DNA from: an uncultured Pseudomonadota bacterium
Lineage (GTDB): Bacteria > Chloroflexota > UBA5177 > JAJPKF01
Direction: 5' to 3'
Assembly: GCA_963799725.1 (NCBI GenBank)
Contig: CAWCYJ010000026.1
Location: 5,120 to 69,119, forward strand
Length of the DNA stretch: 64,000 nucleotides
The notes under the pieces are model-generated. The model ran no database searches and had not been told where the DNA came from. It was given only the letters and a program-made list of their open reading frames with translations. Within the stretch, counting starts at the first letter, position 1. Every line of letters begins with the position of its first letter. Made by a program: the position numbers and the translations under genes. Below, piece after piece: positions 11,647 to 22,109 of the stretch.

Positions 11647-12327
11647 CTAACTATGCTGGATGTTAACGATTAGCCAGATGCCACCAGTCCCGTGTTTTGC
11701 CAGCTGCGAAACCGTGATCGTAAACTGTTGGCCCTGGTAACTGATGACGACCTTGATCGTCGGCTGTCCTGAGCTGTTCGTAAACGGGGTTGCGGTCGGA
11801 GTAGCAGTTGGAGCCGGAGATACGAAGGTATAGGTACCAGTGAAACCGTAGTTCTTAAGGGTCGTTTTCACTGCTTGGTATGGGTTCAGATAGACGGTAT
11901 ATGCACTTTGACCTTGAGTCGCCGCCGTCTGAATGTGTTGGATCTGTGACTTCGGTTGGGTAATGATGCCTGTACGTGGCGCAGTGGACGCCGTGGGGCT
12001 CGGAGTTGGCGTGGCCGTTGGGCTAGGAGTCGGCGTGGGGGTTGCGTGAGTACGAGTTGGGGTTGGCCTCTTCGTAGGTGCAGGCCTGGTTGGCGGTGGC
12101 TTCGTTGGGACGGGCGTCGTAGGAGCAGGTTTGGTCGGTACCGTCTTGGTATGAACGGGTTTCGTTGGAACCACCGTCGGGGTATGGTGGTGGCCCTTCT
12201 TGCTGCCATTCTTCGCCTGAGCGGCAAGTACGAAACCCAGTACGACGGCGACGATGATTAGGGCAAGGATCAGCGGAAGAAGCCACTTGTACCGTACAAA
12301 AAACGGCTGTTGGATCTCCTCAGTCAC
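11647..12327 (-). CDS. Single-pass membrane protein with a Pro/Thr-rich linker and a small C-terminal domain
   Basis: TM segment (WLLPLILALIIVAVVLGFVLAA) followed by a long PT-rich tract (TPTVVPTKPVHTKTVPTKPAPTTPVPTKPPPTRPAPTKRPTPT...) and a ~100-aa globular tail. Confidence 0.6.
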   Translation of the reverse strand: MTEEIQQPFFVRYKWLLPLILALIIVAVVLGFVLAAQAKNGSKKGHHHTPTVVPTKPVHTKTVPTKPAPTTPVPTKPPPTRPAPTKRPTPTRTHATPTPTPSPTATPTPSPTASTAPRTGIITQPKSQIQHIQTAATQGQSAYTVYLNPYQAVKTTLKNYGFTGTYTFVSPAPTATPTATPFTNSSGQPTIKVVISYQGQQFTITVSQLAKHGTGGIWLIVNIQHS

Positions 12328-12437
12328 TGCCTGCCCCCAGTGTCAAATGTTCTCGCGATCCCGAAAGTACCTGCCGCTCCGACTTGACCACCCTATGCTC
12401 AAAACTTCCTCCACTCAGCCGGCAACCGCCGGCCCTG

Positions 12438-13202
12438 CTAATGCTTGAAGCAAATATGTGGGAGTTTAGCTGTAACCTGGTGGCCGTAGCCCGAGTACTT
12501 GAGGGTACCTTGGATCCGAGCCTTCCCCACACCTGCCACTTTTACCGATCCAGACTCTTGGACTTGATGCAGGATGAACGAGCGCTGGTCGATGTAGAGC
12601 TGGACTACGAGTTTCGATTGCGCGTTCCCGGACTTTGCTTGGAAATTCCCTCGAACGATCCAGTCGGTGTGTCCATCCACCTTCGATTGTCCAACTGTCG
12701 CCGGATGTTGAAGAGCGAAGCTGGGAACGGCCCAGTACATCCCATTGGCTTTGAGGGTGGTCTTCTTGCAGAACCACTGGTGGTTTCCGTGTGCTGCCAC
12801 CCAGGCTCCAATCACGACGTTCTGCAATTTCTTAACGTTCTTGATTTGCTTGCTTACGGTCGTGGGGATCTTGAAGTGCCAGCTCTCTTTTAGGGTGTGC
12901 GATTTCCAGGAAAACGCCGCTTGAAGCTGACGGCCATCGTATACGTTGTTTTTCGTGCTTGACACCGTACCAGCCTCGAACACGCTGTTCTTCCCGGCTG
13001 TTTTTGCGTACGACGCAGCCAGCAGGTGGCTGGCAGTTGGAATCGTACTGGTGGGGGAGGGGCTCACGGTCGGAGTGGCGGCAGCCTTCCCCGGCGGGGG
13101 CGCAGCAAGACCGCCCGTTGATCTGAGACCAAAAGAACCAACGATCACGATAAAGACTCCGGCAGCCAAGGCCAGAGCCGCAACAAAATAGCGACTTTTC
13201 AC
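12438..13202 (-). CDS. Membrane-anchored or secreted hypothetical protein
   Basis: GTG at 13202 follows GAGAGG. An N-terminal hydrophobic anchor (YFVAALALAAGVFIVIVGSF) and a PT/S-rich linker are present. The ORF-track start at 13247 adds a Cys-rich, non-signal extension. Confidence 0.55.
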   Translation of the reverse strand: MKSRYFVAALALAAGVFIVIVGSFGLRSTGGLAAPPPGKAAATPTVSPSPTSTIPTASHLLAASYAKTAGKNSVFEAGTVSSTKNNVYDGRQLQAAFSWKSHTLKESWHFKIPTTVSKQIKNVKKLQNVVIGAWVAAHGNHQWFCKKTTLKANGMYWAVPSFALQHPATVGQSKVDGHTDWIVRGNFQAKSGNAQSKLVVQLYIDQRSFILHQVQESGSVKVAGVGKARIQGTLKYSGYGHQVTAKLPHICFKH

Positions 13203-13389
13203 AGGCAAAACCTCTCGGTTATGGTAACAGCACACTCGACGCATCACAAGGGCCTTCGGCTACTTACATAGAAGCTTGAGTCTCAAGGCAGCCGAAATTT
13301 GCGGCTGTTACACTCTATTCGGCCAGCACATCTTGCGACGATATGGCCTTTGGGCAAGTTTCTTGCCATAGTCCGCACTTGACCAATCG

Positions 13390-14533
13390 TTGCAGGGCCG
13401 CTATCATGTGCACCGGGGAGTTGTTGTTTTCTTTGAGAATTCGATTCATGGAGTACACTTGTTGAATCCGGTTGCCGGCATTGAGCGTCTGGGCATCATT
13501 ATGGAGCCCGAGCCCGGGGATCCCACGGAGGCCTTTGGCGTGCTTAACCCGGCCGTAGCTCGCGGTCGGGACGGCAATTTGTACCTGTTCGCCAGAGTCG
13601 TGGCCGACGGTAACTACTCCCGAATCCGAATGGCTCGGGTCATCTTTGACGATGCAGGACGGCCCTCCAGCCTCGAACGGATGGGTTTCGTCCTCGAGCC
13701 CCTAACGCCGTATGAAACTCACGGAATCGGGAACGGCGGTTGTGAAGATCCTCGTATTACCTTTGTGCCCGCCATCGACCGTTATGTGATGGCTTACACG
13801 GGCTTTGGACAAACGGGTCCCCGGATAGCATTGGCCATCTCCTACGATCTCTTTACTTGGGAGCGGCTCGGCATCGTGTCGTTCGGACCTCAGGACGGAA
13901 TCGATTTTGACGGATTCGACGACAAGGATGCGTTCTTCTTTCCTGAGCCGGTTCTCGCCCCGGATGGTGTCCTGTCGCTGGCATGTGCACATAGGCCGAT
14001 GACGGGCGTTGATCAGGATGGGAAGACTTCCAAGCAGCTCGCAAATCTACCAGGAAGCATCTGGGTCTCCTACGTACCTGTCAGCGAGGCCATAGCCCGA
14101 CCGCAAGCCCTTCTAACCCTGCGACAGCACCAGCTGGTGCTGAAACCCGAATACCCCTGGGAGCAGGTCAAGATCGGAGGAGGAACGCCACCGATCTCCA
14201 TCCCGTGTGGCTGGCTGTTACTGCACCATGGGATCGAAAATCTTTCTGAGCCGGGTGGGCCTCGACGCCTGCGGTATACGGCCGGAGCTTTCGTCCTCGA
14301 CCGGTTGGATCTCACTCGGGTGATCTGGCGATCCTCCGAGCCGGTTATGACTCCTGATAGTGCTCAAGAAGTCTTCGGCATCGTCAACAACGTCGTTTTC
14401 CCGACTGGCAGTCGACCTCATTGACGAACACACAGTCGACGTGTACTACGGGATGGCTGATGCTCGAATCGGAGTTGCCCGGATGTGGCTACGACCCGAG
14501 GCCTGCCAGGAGGACGCTACCGAAGCCGCCTGA
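13390..14533 (+). pseudogene. GH130-family glycosidase/phosphorylase (DUF377-type), apparent +1 frameshift near 14,405-14,412
   Basis: The sequence GVLNPAVARGRDGNLYLFARVVADGNYSRIRMARV...GGCEDPRITFV...YVMAYTG...NNVVFPTG is typical GH130. The expected C-terminus VDLIDEHTVDVYYGMADARIGVARM continues in the next frame to a stop at 14531-14533. The start codon is uncertain. Confidence 0.7.
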
Positions 14534-14917
14534 AGCCCTCGCTACTAGTTGTTTCGTCTCCGACGCCAACCGGTGAGCGCCTTCAGAAGCAGCCGCGAGG
14601 CGCATCCTATAGGGTTGTGGACTGGTGTGTATAACCCTGTGGGTCTTTTTGTGAAATTTTGCCAAAAACCACTGTGGAAAATGTGGATGAATCGGTTGAT
14701 TGAGTGTTCGGCTTGCGCTCATATCCAGCAAATACAACGATTTTTCTTGCTTAACATAATCTTGTCGACGTTGGTGCGAATCCACAGGAGGGGTTGCGTC
14801 TTTTCGCCAGTTTGATAGAGTCAAACTTAGCGAATGGCTCCGGATCGTTCAATCAAATGCAGCGATGCTTGAACGGTTCGGAGCAGCTCCAACCAAAGCC
14901 GTCCTCCTTTCCGTCCT

Positions 14918-14960
14918 CCCCCCGGTCGAATCCCTAACCCGACCGGGGGGTTCCCCTTTT
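14918..14960. terminator. Strong GC hairpin between convergent genes (bidirectional terminator candidate)
   Basis: CCCCCCGGTCG (14918-14928) pairs perfectly with CGACCGGGGGG (14940-14950), giving an 11-bp stem and 11-nt loop. TTCCCCTTTT follows on the + strand, and an A-rich tract sits on the other side for the minus strand. Confidence 0.6.
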
Positions 14961-14993
14961 CCTGGACCTTCGCCCGGCGTCGGGTCTTCGGAT

Positions 14994-15599
14994 CTAATCC
15001 TGGGGCTTGGTACGATTCACCACCCCATCCACGATCGAGCTCAAATCCCGAGCCCGATCCATCAGGCCCCGGTCTAGCGCTCCTTGATCTACATTGATGC
15101 GCACGAGATCCTCCGCTGAATGGGTGGCCGCTTGAGCCAATGACAGCGCCGCGAGAACGTCGCCTTTCAGGTTTCGGTTCCCCAACAGCAATAGGCTCTC
15201 GGCCATAGCAGCCAGCTGCGCGCCACCCTCGGCGATGGCAAGTGGAACCCTCACCGCCTCCGTAAAGGTCGACTTCAGGGATCCTCCCGTGTCGTTTCGT
15301 CCCGGCTGCCGAAGGGCGGCGAGCACAGAACGATACGCTGCGGCGTCAGCATCGGCGAGATCGGCTGCCTGGACTCTTAGTCGATCGGCCTTGGCTGCCA
15401 TCGCGTCGACGCCCTCTATGTGATTGGACGAGAATCTTGCCGCCATACCAACCAATCCGGCCGCCAAAGCCAGAGCTATCGCAGCGCACGCCCCACCGCC
15501 GGGTGCCGGGGTTCGATCGCCGACCTTTGCCAGGAAGTCGCCAAGGGTAAGGTCCGCAAATGGAGCATCAATCGGAGACTGTGGAGTCGGTACTTCCAT
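14994..15599 (-). CDS. Cyclodeaminase/cyclohydrolase family protein (FTCD C-terminal-like, methenyl-THF cyclohydrolase type)
   Basis: TPAPGGGACAAIALALAAGLVGMAA is the hallmark of the formiminotransferase-cyclodeaminase C domain. It lies 27 nt downstream of fhs on the same strand. Confidence 0.75.
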   Translation of the reverse strand: MEVPTPQSPIDAPFADLTLGDFLAKVGDRTPAPGGGACAAIALALAAGLVGMAARFSSNHIEGVDAMAAKADRLRVQAADLADADAAAYRSVLAALRQPGRNDTGGSLKSTFTEAVRVPLAIAEGGAQLAAMAESLLLLGNRNLKGDVLAALSLAQAATHSAEDLVRINVDQGALDRGLMDRARDLSSIVDGVVNRTKPQD

Positions 15600-15626
15600 T
15601 ACTCAGAAGCCTCTCTCGCCTGGACC

Positions 15627-17369
15627 CTATGAAAGTCCCACGATGTCGCCGTCCTCGTCGATATCGATTCGTTCGGCGCCGGGATGCGAGCCGAGTCCCG
15701 GCATCGTGCGCATGTCGCCACAGATGGGATAGACGAAACCGGCGCCAACCGAAGCTCTCACCTCTCGGACAGGTAGTGTCCAGGCTGCCGGTGCTCCCTT
15801 GAGCTTAGGATCAGAGCTAAGCGAGAGGTGGGTCTTTGCGATGCAGACAGGGAGTGAGCCAAAGCCTGCCTTCTCATAGGTCGCCAGCTGCCGCGTTGCC
15901 TCGCTGGAGTACTCCACATCGGCTGCTCCGTAGACTCTTGTCGCCACAGTTTCGATCTTCTCTTTCAGAGGAATATCGGTGGGATAGAGGAAGTGGAAGT
16001 CCGAAGGCTCGTCGGCGGCTTGAGCCACGGCCTCTGCCAGCTCTGCGCCACCTGCTCCTCCTTGCGCGACATGATACGTAACAGCCGAGCGCACGCCGGC
16101 CTCCTGAGCGATCCGTCTGATCACGGCATGCTCACTCGGATGATCCGTTGGAAATGCGTTAACTGCCACAACGGGCGACACCCCGTGAATCCTGACATTT
16201 TCGATTTGCTTGCGCAGATTGGCCGCACCCAGCTCCACGTCGTCGGGATTCTCGGCCAGCAGCTCTGGTGGGAGCGGCCTTCCGGCTACGATTCTGTACT
16301 TATCGGAGTGTGCTTTTAGCCCACGAACCGTGGCTACCAGCACTGCCGCGTCGGGTTTGAGCCCCGAAACACGACATTTGATGTTGAAGAAGCGTTCCGC
16401 ACCCATGTCCGCGCCGAACCCCGCCTCTGTTACCAGGAAGTCGCCTGTGTGAATTCCGATCAGGTCGGCCACAACCGAGGAGTTGCCCGTGGCGATGTTT
16501 CCAAATGGTCCCGAGTGCACGAGGACCGGCGTGTTTTCGATCGTCTGCAGCAGGTTGGGCTTGATCGCCTCTCGGAGAATCACCGCCATGGCGCCCGCGG
16601 CTTTCAGCTCCTCCGCAGTCACCGGATCTCCGCTGCCGGTGTAGCCGATAACGATCCGGCCGAGCCGCTCTCGCAGATCCTTCAGTGACCTGGACAGAGC
16701 GAGGATGGCCATGACCTCGGAGGCCGCCGTGATATCGAATCCGGTCTGGCGAGGCACTCCGTCCTCCCGAGAGCCAAGGCCGATAACGATGTTTCGTAGC
16801 GCTCGGTCGTTGACGTCGAGCACTCTTCTCCAGGTGATGTTGTGGGGATCGATCCGTAACTCGTTGCCGTTGTAGAGGTGATTGTCGATCATGGCGGAGA
16901 GCTGATTGTGAGCGGCGGTCACGGCATGCATGTCGCCGGTTAGATGCAGGTTGAGAACCTCCATGGGAACCGCCTGGCTATATCCGCCTCCAGCTGCTCC
17001 GCCCTTGATGCCGAATGTCGGTCCCATCGATGGCTGCCGGATGGCGACTGTGGCTCTCTTGCCGATGTGCTTGAAGGCCTGTCCGAGCCCTACTGTGACG
17101 GTTGTCTTGCCCTCGCCGAGAGGTGTGGGCGTTATGGCGCTGACCACCACGTACTTCGCCTTTGGTCGGTTGGCCAGCGAATCGATGGCATCGAGGGAGA
17201 TCTTCATGACGCCTCTGCCGTATGGCTCCAGCAGGTCGAGATCTAGCCCCATGCCGCCTGCTATCTCCTCTAGCGGCTCGAGCCGTGCCGAGCGAGCGAT
17301 GTCGAGGTCTGTGGGCATGGGTCTCAGAGCTTTCGTTTGCAGCTCAGGCGCGCGTGGTGTGGAACTCAT
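15627..17369 (-). CDS. fhs: Formate--tetrahydrofolate ligase
   Basis: At 580 aa it has PTPLGEGKTTVTVGLGQAF, GIKGGAAGGGY and the conserved C-terminal half (PVCIAKTHLSLSSDP). Confidence 0.95.
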   Translation of the reverse strand: MSSTPRAPELQTKALRPMPTDLDIARSARLEPLEEIAGGMGLDLDLLEPYGRGVMKISLDAIDSLANRPKAKYVVVSAITPTPLGEGKTTVTVGLGQAFKHIGKRATVAIRQPSMGPTFGIKGGAAGGGYSQAVPMEVLNLHLTGDMHAVTAAHNQLSAMIDNHLYNGNELRIDPHNITWRRVLDVNDRALRNIVIGLGSREDGVPRQTGFDITAASEVMAILALSRSLKDLRERLGRIVIGYTGSGDPVTAEELKAAGAMAVILREAIKPNLLQTIENTPVLVHSGPFGNIATGNSSVVADLIGIHTGDFLVTEAGFGADMGAERFFNIKCRVSGLKPDAAVLVATVRGLKAHSDKYRIVAGRPLPPELLAENPDDVELGAANLRKQIENVRIHGVSPVVAVNAFPTDHPSEHAVIRRIAQEAGVRSAVTYHVAQGGAGGAELAEAVAQAADEPSDFHFLYPTDIPLKEKIETVATRVYGAADVEYSSEATRQLATYEKAGFGSLPVCIAKTHLSLSSDPKLKGAPAAWTLPVREVRASVGAGFVYPICGDMRTMPGLGSHPGAERIDIDEDGDIVGLS

Positions 17370-17627
17370 CGGGTGGACTCCTCAGCGGCAAGGCGCCGTA
17401 TTAACCATTGAAGGTCGTTTTTGGCCACGCATCAGAAGGCCGAATGCCTGCCCTATAGCATCCTACGAACTCTGAGGGTCGCAGAAGCGGCCGGGTGAGC
17501 CGGTGCCTTGTTAAATGTCGTCGGGTCGAAGCTGGAGTGAGAGGGCCTACGTCCGTGCCTCGCCCGCGGCAGTTAAGCTCACGACGTTTAGTACACTTGC
17601 GGCAGGAATAACTTTCTGAGGAATCCA

Positions 17628-18239
17628 TTGAGACGAGGCTGGACCTGGCGTCTGTGCTTCCTGCTTGCGCTGCCACTCGTCTTATCCGCATGCTCGATTG
17701 GATCTTTGGGCAGCTCGAACCCGACGCCTACGCCTACCGCAGTTCCGACTCCGATCCCAACCGCGACGCCCGCACCCAATGCGGCGGCCGCTCTCACATC
17801 CGTCAAGACGATTGTCTGTTGGGGCCAGATCCCACAAAACATCAGTGGCTGTCCTACGCACTCGACCACGAGTCCTGGACCGTGTTACCAGGGATCGCCT
17901 CAGTGGTCGCCGCAAGCCGGCTGTCCCGTGACCTCCAAGCTTGAGAGGCGGCTGCGACAGAATCCTACCTCAGGCACAGGTGGGGGATCAGATCCCATAT
18001 GCCGGTGTCAGAACGTTCCGTCGGGCCTTTCGTTTACCGAGGCAAAAACGACCGCAAGCCGCGACATTATCAAGGTAGTCTGGAACTTTGGGGGACCATC
18101 CAGTTCCAAGAATCCATCCAACCCTGCCATTGATTACGTGGTGCTAAACCAGAAGGGCGGGTGGCTGGTGGATGACAGCTACTGCGACGGTTATCCCTCA
18201 ACCACGATCTACAAAACACCGGTCGAGCCGTGCGCCTGA
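17628..18239 (+). CDS. Cys-rich lipoprotein, unknown function
   Basis: TTG start after GAGGA. Signal peptide with lipobox LVLSAC, then a PT-rich linker. The mature domain has ten further Cys residues. Confidence 0.6.
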   Translation: MRRGWTWRLCFLLALPLVLSACSIGSLGSSNPTPTPTAVPTPIPTATPAPNAAAALTSVKTIVCWGQIPQNISGCPTHSTTSPGPCYQGSPQWSPQAGCPVTSKLERRLRQNPTSGTGGGSDPICRCQNVPSGLSFTEAKTTASRDIIKVVWNFGGPSSSKNPSNPAIDYVVLNQKGGWLVDDSYCDGYPSTTIYKTPVEPCA

Positions 18240-18264
18240 CGTGGTGTCGGGAAGCTAGTTGACG

Positions 18265-18585
18265 CTAGCCTTTTTGCTCGTCGGTGGGCGCACCATCTTG
18301 CTTTCCACCTGGAATCTGATCCAGCTCCGCCTGTAGCTGTGCCACCCTCGCCTGGGTTTGTGCTTCGTCGACGTCTCGGGCATGCTGAAATGCGGGATCA
18401 GGACCTTCAGTCGCGTCTACGACACTGAACGGCGAAGCGTAGCCGGCATTCCCAATCCCCAGTTGAGGCGTCATGCCCATGGAAAGCTGCTCGTCCTCGA
18501 TCGACCGAAACGCGCCCTCGCGCTTGGCTTCTTCAATCTCCGTTTTCTTCCAAGCCCGGCGTATCCAGTTCCAGAACGATCCCAT
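18265..18585 (-). CDS. Hypothetical protein (106 aa)
   Basis: Isolated ORF with reasonable composition and no motif recognised. Confidence 0.4.
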   Translation of the reverse strand: MGSFWNWIRRAWKKTEIEEAKREGAFRSIEDEQLSMGMTPQLGIGNAGYASPFSVVDATEGPDPAFQHARDVDEAQTQARVAQLQAELDQIPGGKQDGAPTDEQKG

Positions 18586-18808
18586 GGGTATGTCTCCTAA
18601 TGATCACGACGTAAAGTATTTGCGATTAGTCCAGCTTACTCCGTTGACCTCTTGGAACGCTATAGTTGCCGGACGTTTGGAGACGTGGCGGACGCCTTAG
18701 AAGTGCGTGACGAGACTCTGGAGGCCACAAGAGCTGGCATTCAGGTGATTGGCCATAATGGGCGAGAGATGGGCGGCTAGCCTAGGGATCTCCAACTCAT
18801 AACAGGAT

Positions 18809-19426
18809 GTGGAGCTGATGCCCATAACGAGCGACTCTGAGCCGAAGGAAGTTCTCCACGCCTATCTTCAGATGGGACGCGATGCACTGGTTTGGAAGAC
18901 GCAGGGCCTTTCCGAGTATGAGATCCGTCGTCCGCTGACACGCACGGGCACCAACCTATTGGGACTCATAAAGCATCTAGCCACTGGCGAGCTTGGATAC
19001 TTCGGGGAAGTTTTTGGGCGGCCTTCCACGGACCGTCTGACGTGGATGGAGCCTGATGCCGAAGCGAATGATGACATGTGGGCGACGCCGGCAGAGTCGA
19101 GGGAGTCGATCTTGGGACTGTACCAGCGGGCGCGCGCACATGCAGATGCCACCATCGATGCGCTACCCCTCGAGGCACGTGGCCGCGTTCCATGGTGGCC
19201 AGAGGATAGGAATGAAGTAACGCTACAGCGTGTGCTTGTCCACATGATCGCTGAGACTCATCGGCATGCCGGCCACGCCGACATCGTCCGGGAGCTTATA
19301 GACGGCGCAGCCGGCCATAGAGCCGACAGTGACAACATGCCGACGGTTGACGAGGCTTGGTGGACGGCTTATCGCAACCGGCTGGAAGACGCAGCCCGAG
19401 AGGCGTCCGAACTGGAGAAAGGTTAG
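18809..19426 (+). CDS. DinB-family (DUF664-type) metal-dependent protein
   Basis: The His-triad context typical of DinB/DUF664 proteins is present: LIKHLATGELGYF ... VLVHMIAETHRHAGHADIVRELIDG. Confidence 0.75.
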   Translation: MELMPITSDSEPKEVLHAYLQMGRDALVWKTQGLSEYEIRRPLTRTGTNLLGLIKHLATGELGYFGEVFGRPSTDRLTWMEPDAEANDDMWATPAESRESILGLYQRARAHADATIDALPLEARGRVPWWPEDRNEVTLQRVLVHMIAETHRHAGHADIVRELIDGAAGHRADSDNMPTVDEAWWTAYRNRLEDAAREASELEKG

Positions 19427-19702
19427 GGCTCGGGCCGCCTGGCCGACGGTCCTCCCGGGCGGGCGTTCGTTGCTTGTAGCTAACCACGATTGGGTGCTCC
19501 GTCCGGCGTCTCTCCGATGTAACTGCAGGAGCTTGACGGCGATCTCCATCCAACTGAAGCGAAGCCAATCACACAAATTGGCGGTGGACGCGTCGCCGCG
19601 TTATGCTCATGACATTGGCGGCTGCTAGGTGGGGAAGTAAATCCCACGATAACCAGAGGCGTCAAATGACGCCCAGCGCCAGCGAAAAGGATCGAGTTAT
19701 TC

Positions 19703-22109
19703 ATGTCCATTCCACGCGCCGTCTTTTATCGCACCCTGTCGGTCGTTGCGCTTGCGAGCATCCCGCTGCTTGGAACCCCCGTTGCGAGGTCCTTTGCCTC
19801 ACCCTATCGAGTCCCGGCCGGACGTGACAAAGGGATCAAATCTAGGTGTTGGCCGGGGACGGGTGGATGCTCCCGCAATTCCCAGATCACCCATTGTGGC
19901 CGGCGCTGAAAAGGCTGAAATCACCACCCACCTCCATGTCCCCAAGAGTGTTGATGTGCCCCTGGGTTCGACAGCCGACATCACGGTTACAGTCACCGCT
20001 CACTCAGGACGGGTTCCCGTGGGTACGGTGTCCCTTTGGGATGTGGATATCCCCGACAGTGCCACGATTGTGTCACACACCGTAACGCTCAATGGTCAGG
20101 GTAAAGCCACATTCCAAGTGAGGGAGCATCTCCCGGGCGTGCCCTTCCGGGTCAAACAGGCAAGTGTTTACTTTGTGCCGAAACGAGGGAGCGGCTTCGC
20201 ACCGAGCACCAGCCGCGACTTTGTCCTCGGGATGCATCAGTGGCCGGCCAGTGTATCGGTGAGTCTCGGCCGCAAAGACGGAAAGGGCCGGGCGGTACCC
20301 CTAACCGTCTCCGTCTCCAGCTCCCTTGCCGGCAGCGGTAGTGCGGAGTCTTTTCCGGTGGGCGATCTCAGCATTTCGGACGTGTCCAATGGTTCAGAAT
20401 GTAAATCCGAGATTAACGGAGCGCTTCTTTACGGGTCCTCAGGAAAGGCGAAGCTTGATGTTGACCTGCCGGCTGGGAAGAACAGACTGGGCGTAACTTA
20501 CCTGGGAGACGCCTACTTTGGAGCGCAAACACCTGTCGACTCCTCGGTAAATATCACCACAGGCGCACGGGCCAGCGGTACGTGCCCGGCAAACTGGGCG
20601 AGGCTGGCCTCGCATCCGTACGTGCCTCCCCTTTCTGGGGCAGACATTCCCATGTACAAGTACGGGTTCCCGCGTAATTACGGACAGTACAATCTTGGTG
20701 CGCTGGCTAATCCAGACGCTGGGATCCTGGTCGTTCAGCTGGATTGGTCCGACATCGAACCCGCTGCGGGCAAGTTCGATTTCACCAAGGCTGATAGGGA
20801 AGTTCAGTCCGCCATCTCCCACGGCAAGCGGGTCGCTCTGCTCCTGCGATTTCAGGCCGGCCTCTCTCTCAGTGGAACTAGCAACAGCTGCGGGTGGAAC
20901 TATGGCCATGCTCAGCTCTTACCCCGCTGGGTGGGCGAAGCGCTGGGGGCGACGGACTCCTTTTGCAGTCACGGTACCGCTCTGACCATCCCAAAGTATT
21001 GGGGTGCGCCGTTCCTCGCTCTGTGGAGGAGCTGTGTAGATGCGGTCGCTGCTCACTTTGCTCCCTATGCAGCAGATATCGCGTATGTTCGTGCACCCGT
21101 GGGCCTGGGCGACGAAGCGAAGGCCATCACCGGACCGAACTCCACGCCCACCAAGAAGGATCTCAACCAGCTCCTGAGCTGGGGATATAACCCCCAGCTT
21201 TGGGAGGCCTGGCAGGAGGACATGTTGTCGTATTACAGGAAGGCTTTCTCCTATTCGCCATGGGTCCTGTATACGATCAATCACCAAGACATCAACGACA
21301 AGTGCACGGATCCTGTGCCGGTGATACCCACCTTTCTACCGCGGGCGATTTCATGCTCCGGGCGGTCGGTCGAAGTGGATGTAGGAGAGTGGGCCGTCGA
21401 CAACGGATTCGGTCTAGCCCAAAACAGCCTGGACTCTTCGTGGATCTGGCGTAACCCCAACAAAGACGACCCGCCGGCGGGGAATGTCAACACCATCTTT
21501 GCCTACGCCATGCGACACACTCCTCATCCGCTCATCGAGCTACAGACGTTTGAGGCTCAGTCCTACTGGTGCAAGCTCGATGTCCCATCCGGTATTCCGC
21601 CCTGCCACCCTAATTCGCAGGCCTTTCTCAATACCGAGCAGGACATTAGCTATGCTCGGTCTCACGGAGTCGACACGATCGAATGGTACGAAGATGACCT
21701 GGCGAACCCCAAACTCGAACCGGTAATCGATCTGTGGCGCCAGCTGCGGGCTGTTCCTGGTCATGGCAAGGTACCCACGGTTGTGACCGCTACCCCCGCT
21801 CAATCCTCAGCTAAGGCGGGCTCCAAAGTTCATGTGGTTATCACTGTGGGCGCACCAGGCATTGCCGGGTTTATCCCCGGAGGGACGGTCCTGCTGTCAG
21901 ATGACATCACAGGGCGCCATCTTAAATCGGTGCAGATTGGTCCCGATACTGGCACGGCAAAGGTCACCGTGAAGATTCCCCGGACCACATACGGGCACGT
22001 CAACCTAGCCGCCTCGTATTTTGATAGGTTCGCGGTTGGGAAAACGAAGAATGGTACCGACCTTTGGTTGCCAAGCGAATCGAGTATCACTCGGATCTCA
22101 GTCAAGTAA
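19703..22109 (+). pseudogene. Secreted Ig-like-domain + TIM-barrel glycoside-hydrolase-like protein, signal peptide in a different frame
   Basis: ATG at 19703 encodes a good signal peptide (MSIPRAVFYRTLSVVALASIPLLGTPVARSFA) in frame 2. The 787-aa body (19746-22109) is in frame 0 and has no signal of its own. The body has Ig-like repeats at both ends and a central W..IEP..GKFDF-type glycosidase-like region. Confidence 0.55.

Noticed and set aside
11632-11667. Overlapping SphI (GCATGC) and NheI (GCTAGC) sites, a nearby HpaI site, and stops in all three forward frames exactly at the junction. This raised the possibility of a synthetic linker or cloning scar.
   Set aside because: The HpaI site and one stop belong to the natural C-terminus and stop of the 11647-12327 gene. 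The unexplained spacer is only ~11 nt, and 6-bp sites are expected by chance. It is not enough evidence for an engineered joint.
14549-14815. 88-aa ORF in the AT-rich spacer after GH130.
   Set aside because: The composition is odd (Cys/Phe/Trp/Arg-rich), there is no SD or motif, and it overlaps an equally long antisense ORF. It is treated as non-coding.
17370-17627. A ~230-nt leader upstream of fhs, checked for a ZTP (pfl) or THF riboswitch. Those elements often precede folate and one-carbon genes.
   Set aside because: I could not find the conserved cores as I remember them, for example GGGUCG…ACUGGCG and CCGCCUGGGC for ZTP. Only an Infernal/Rfam scan could settle it.
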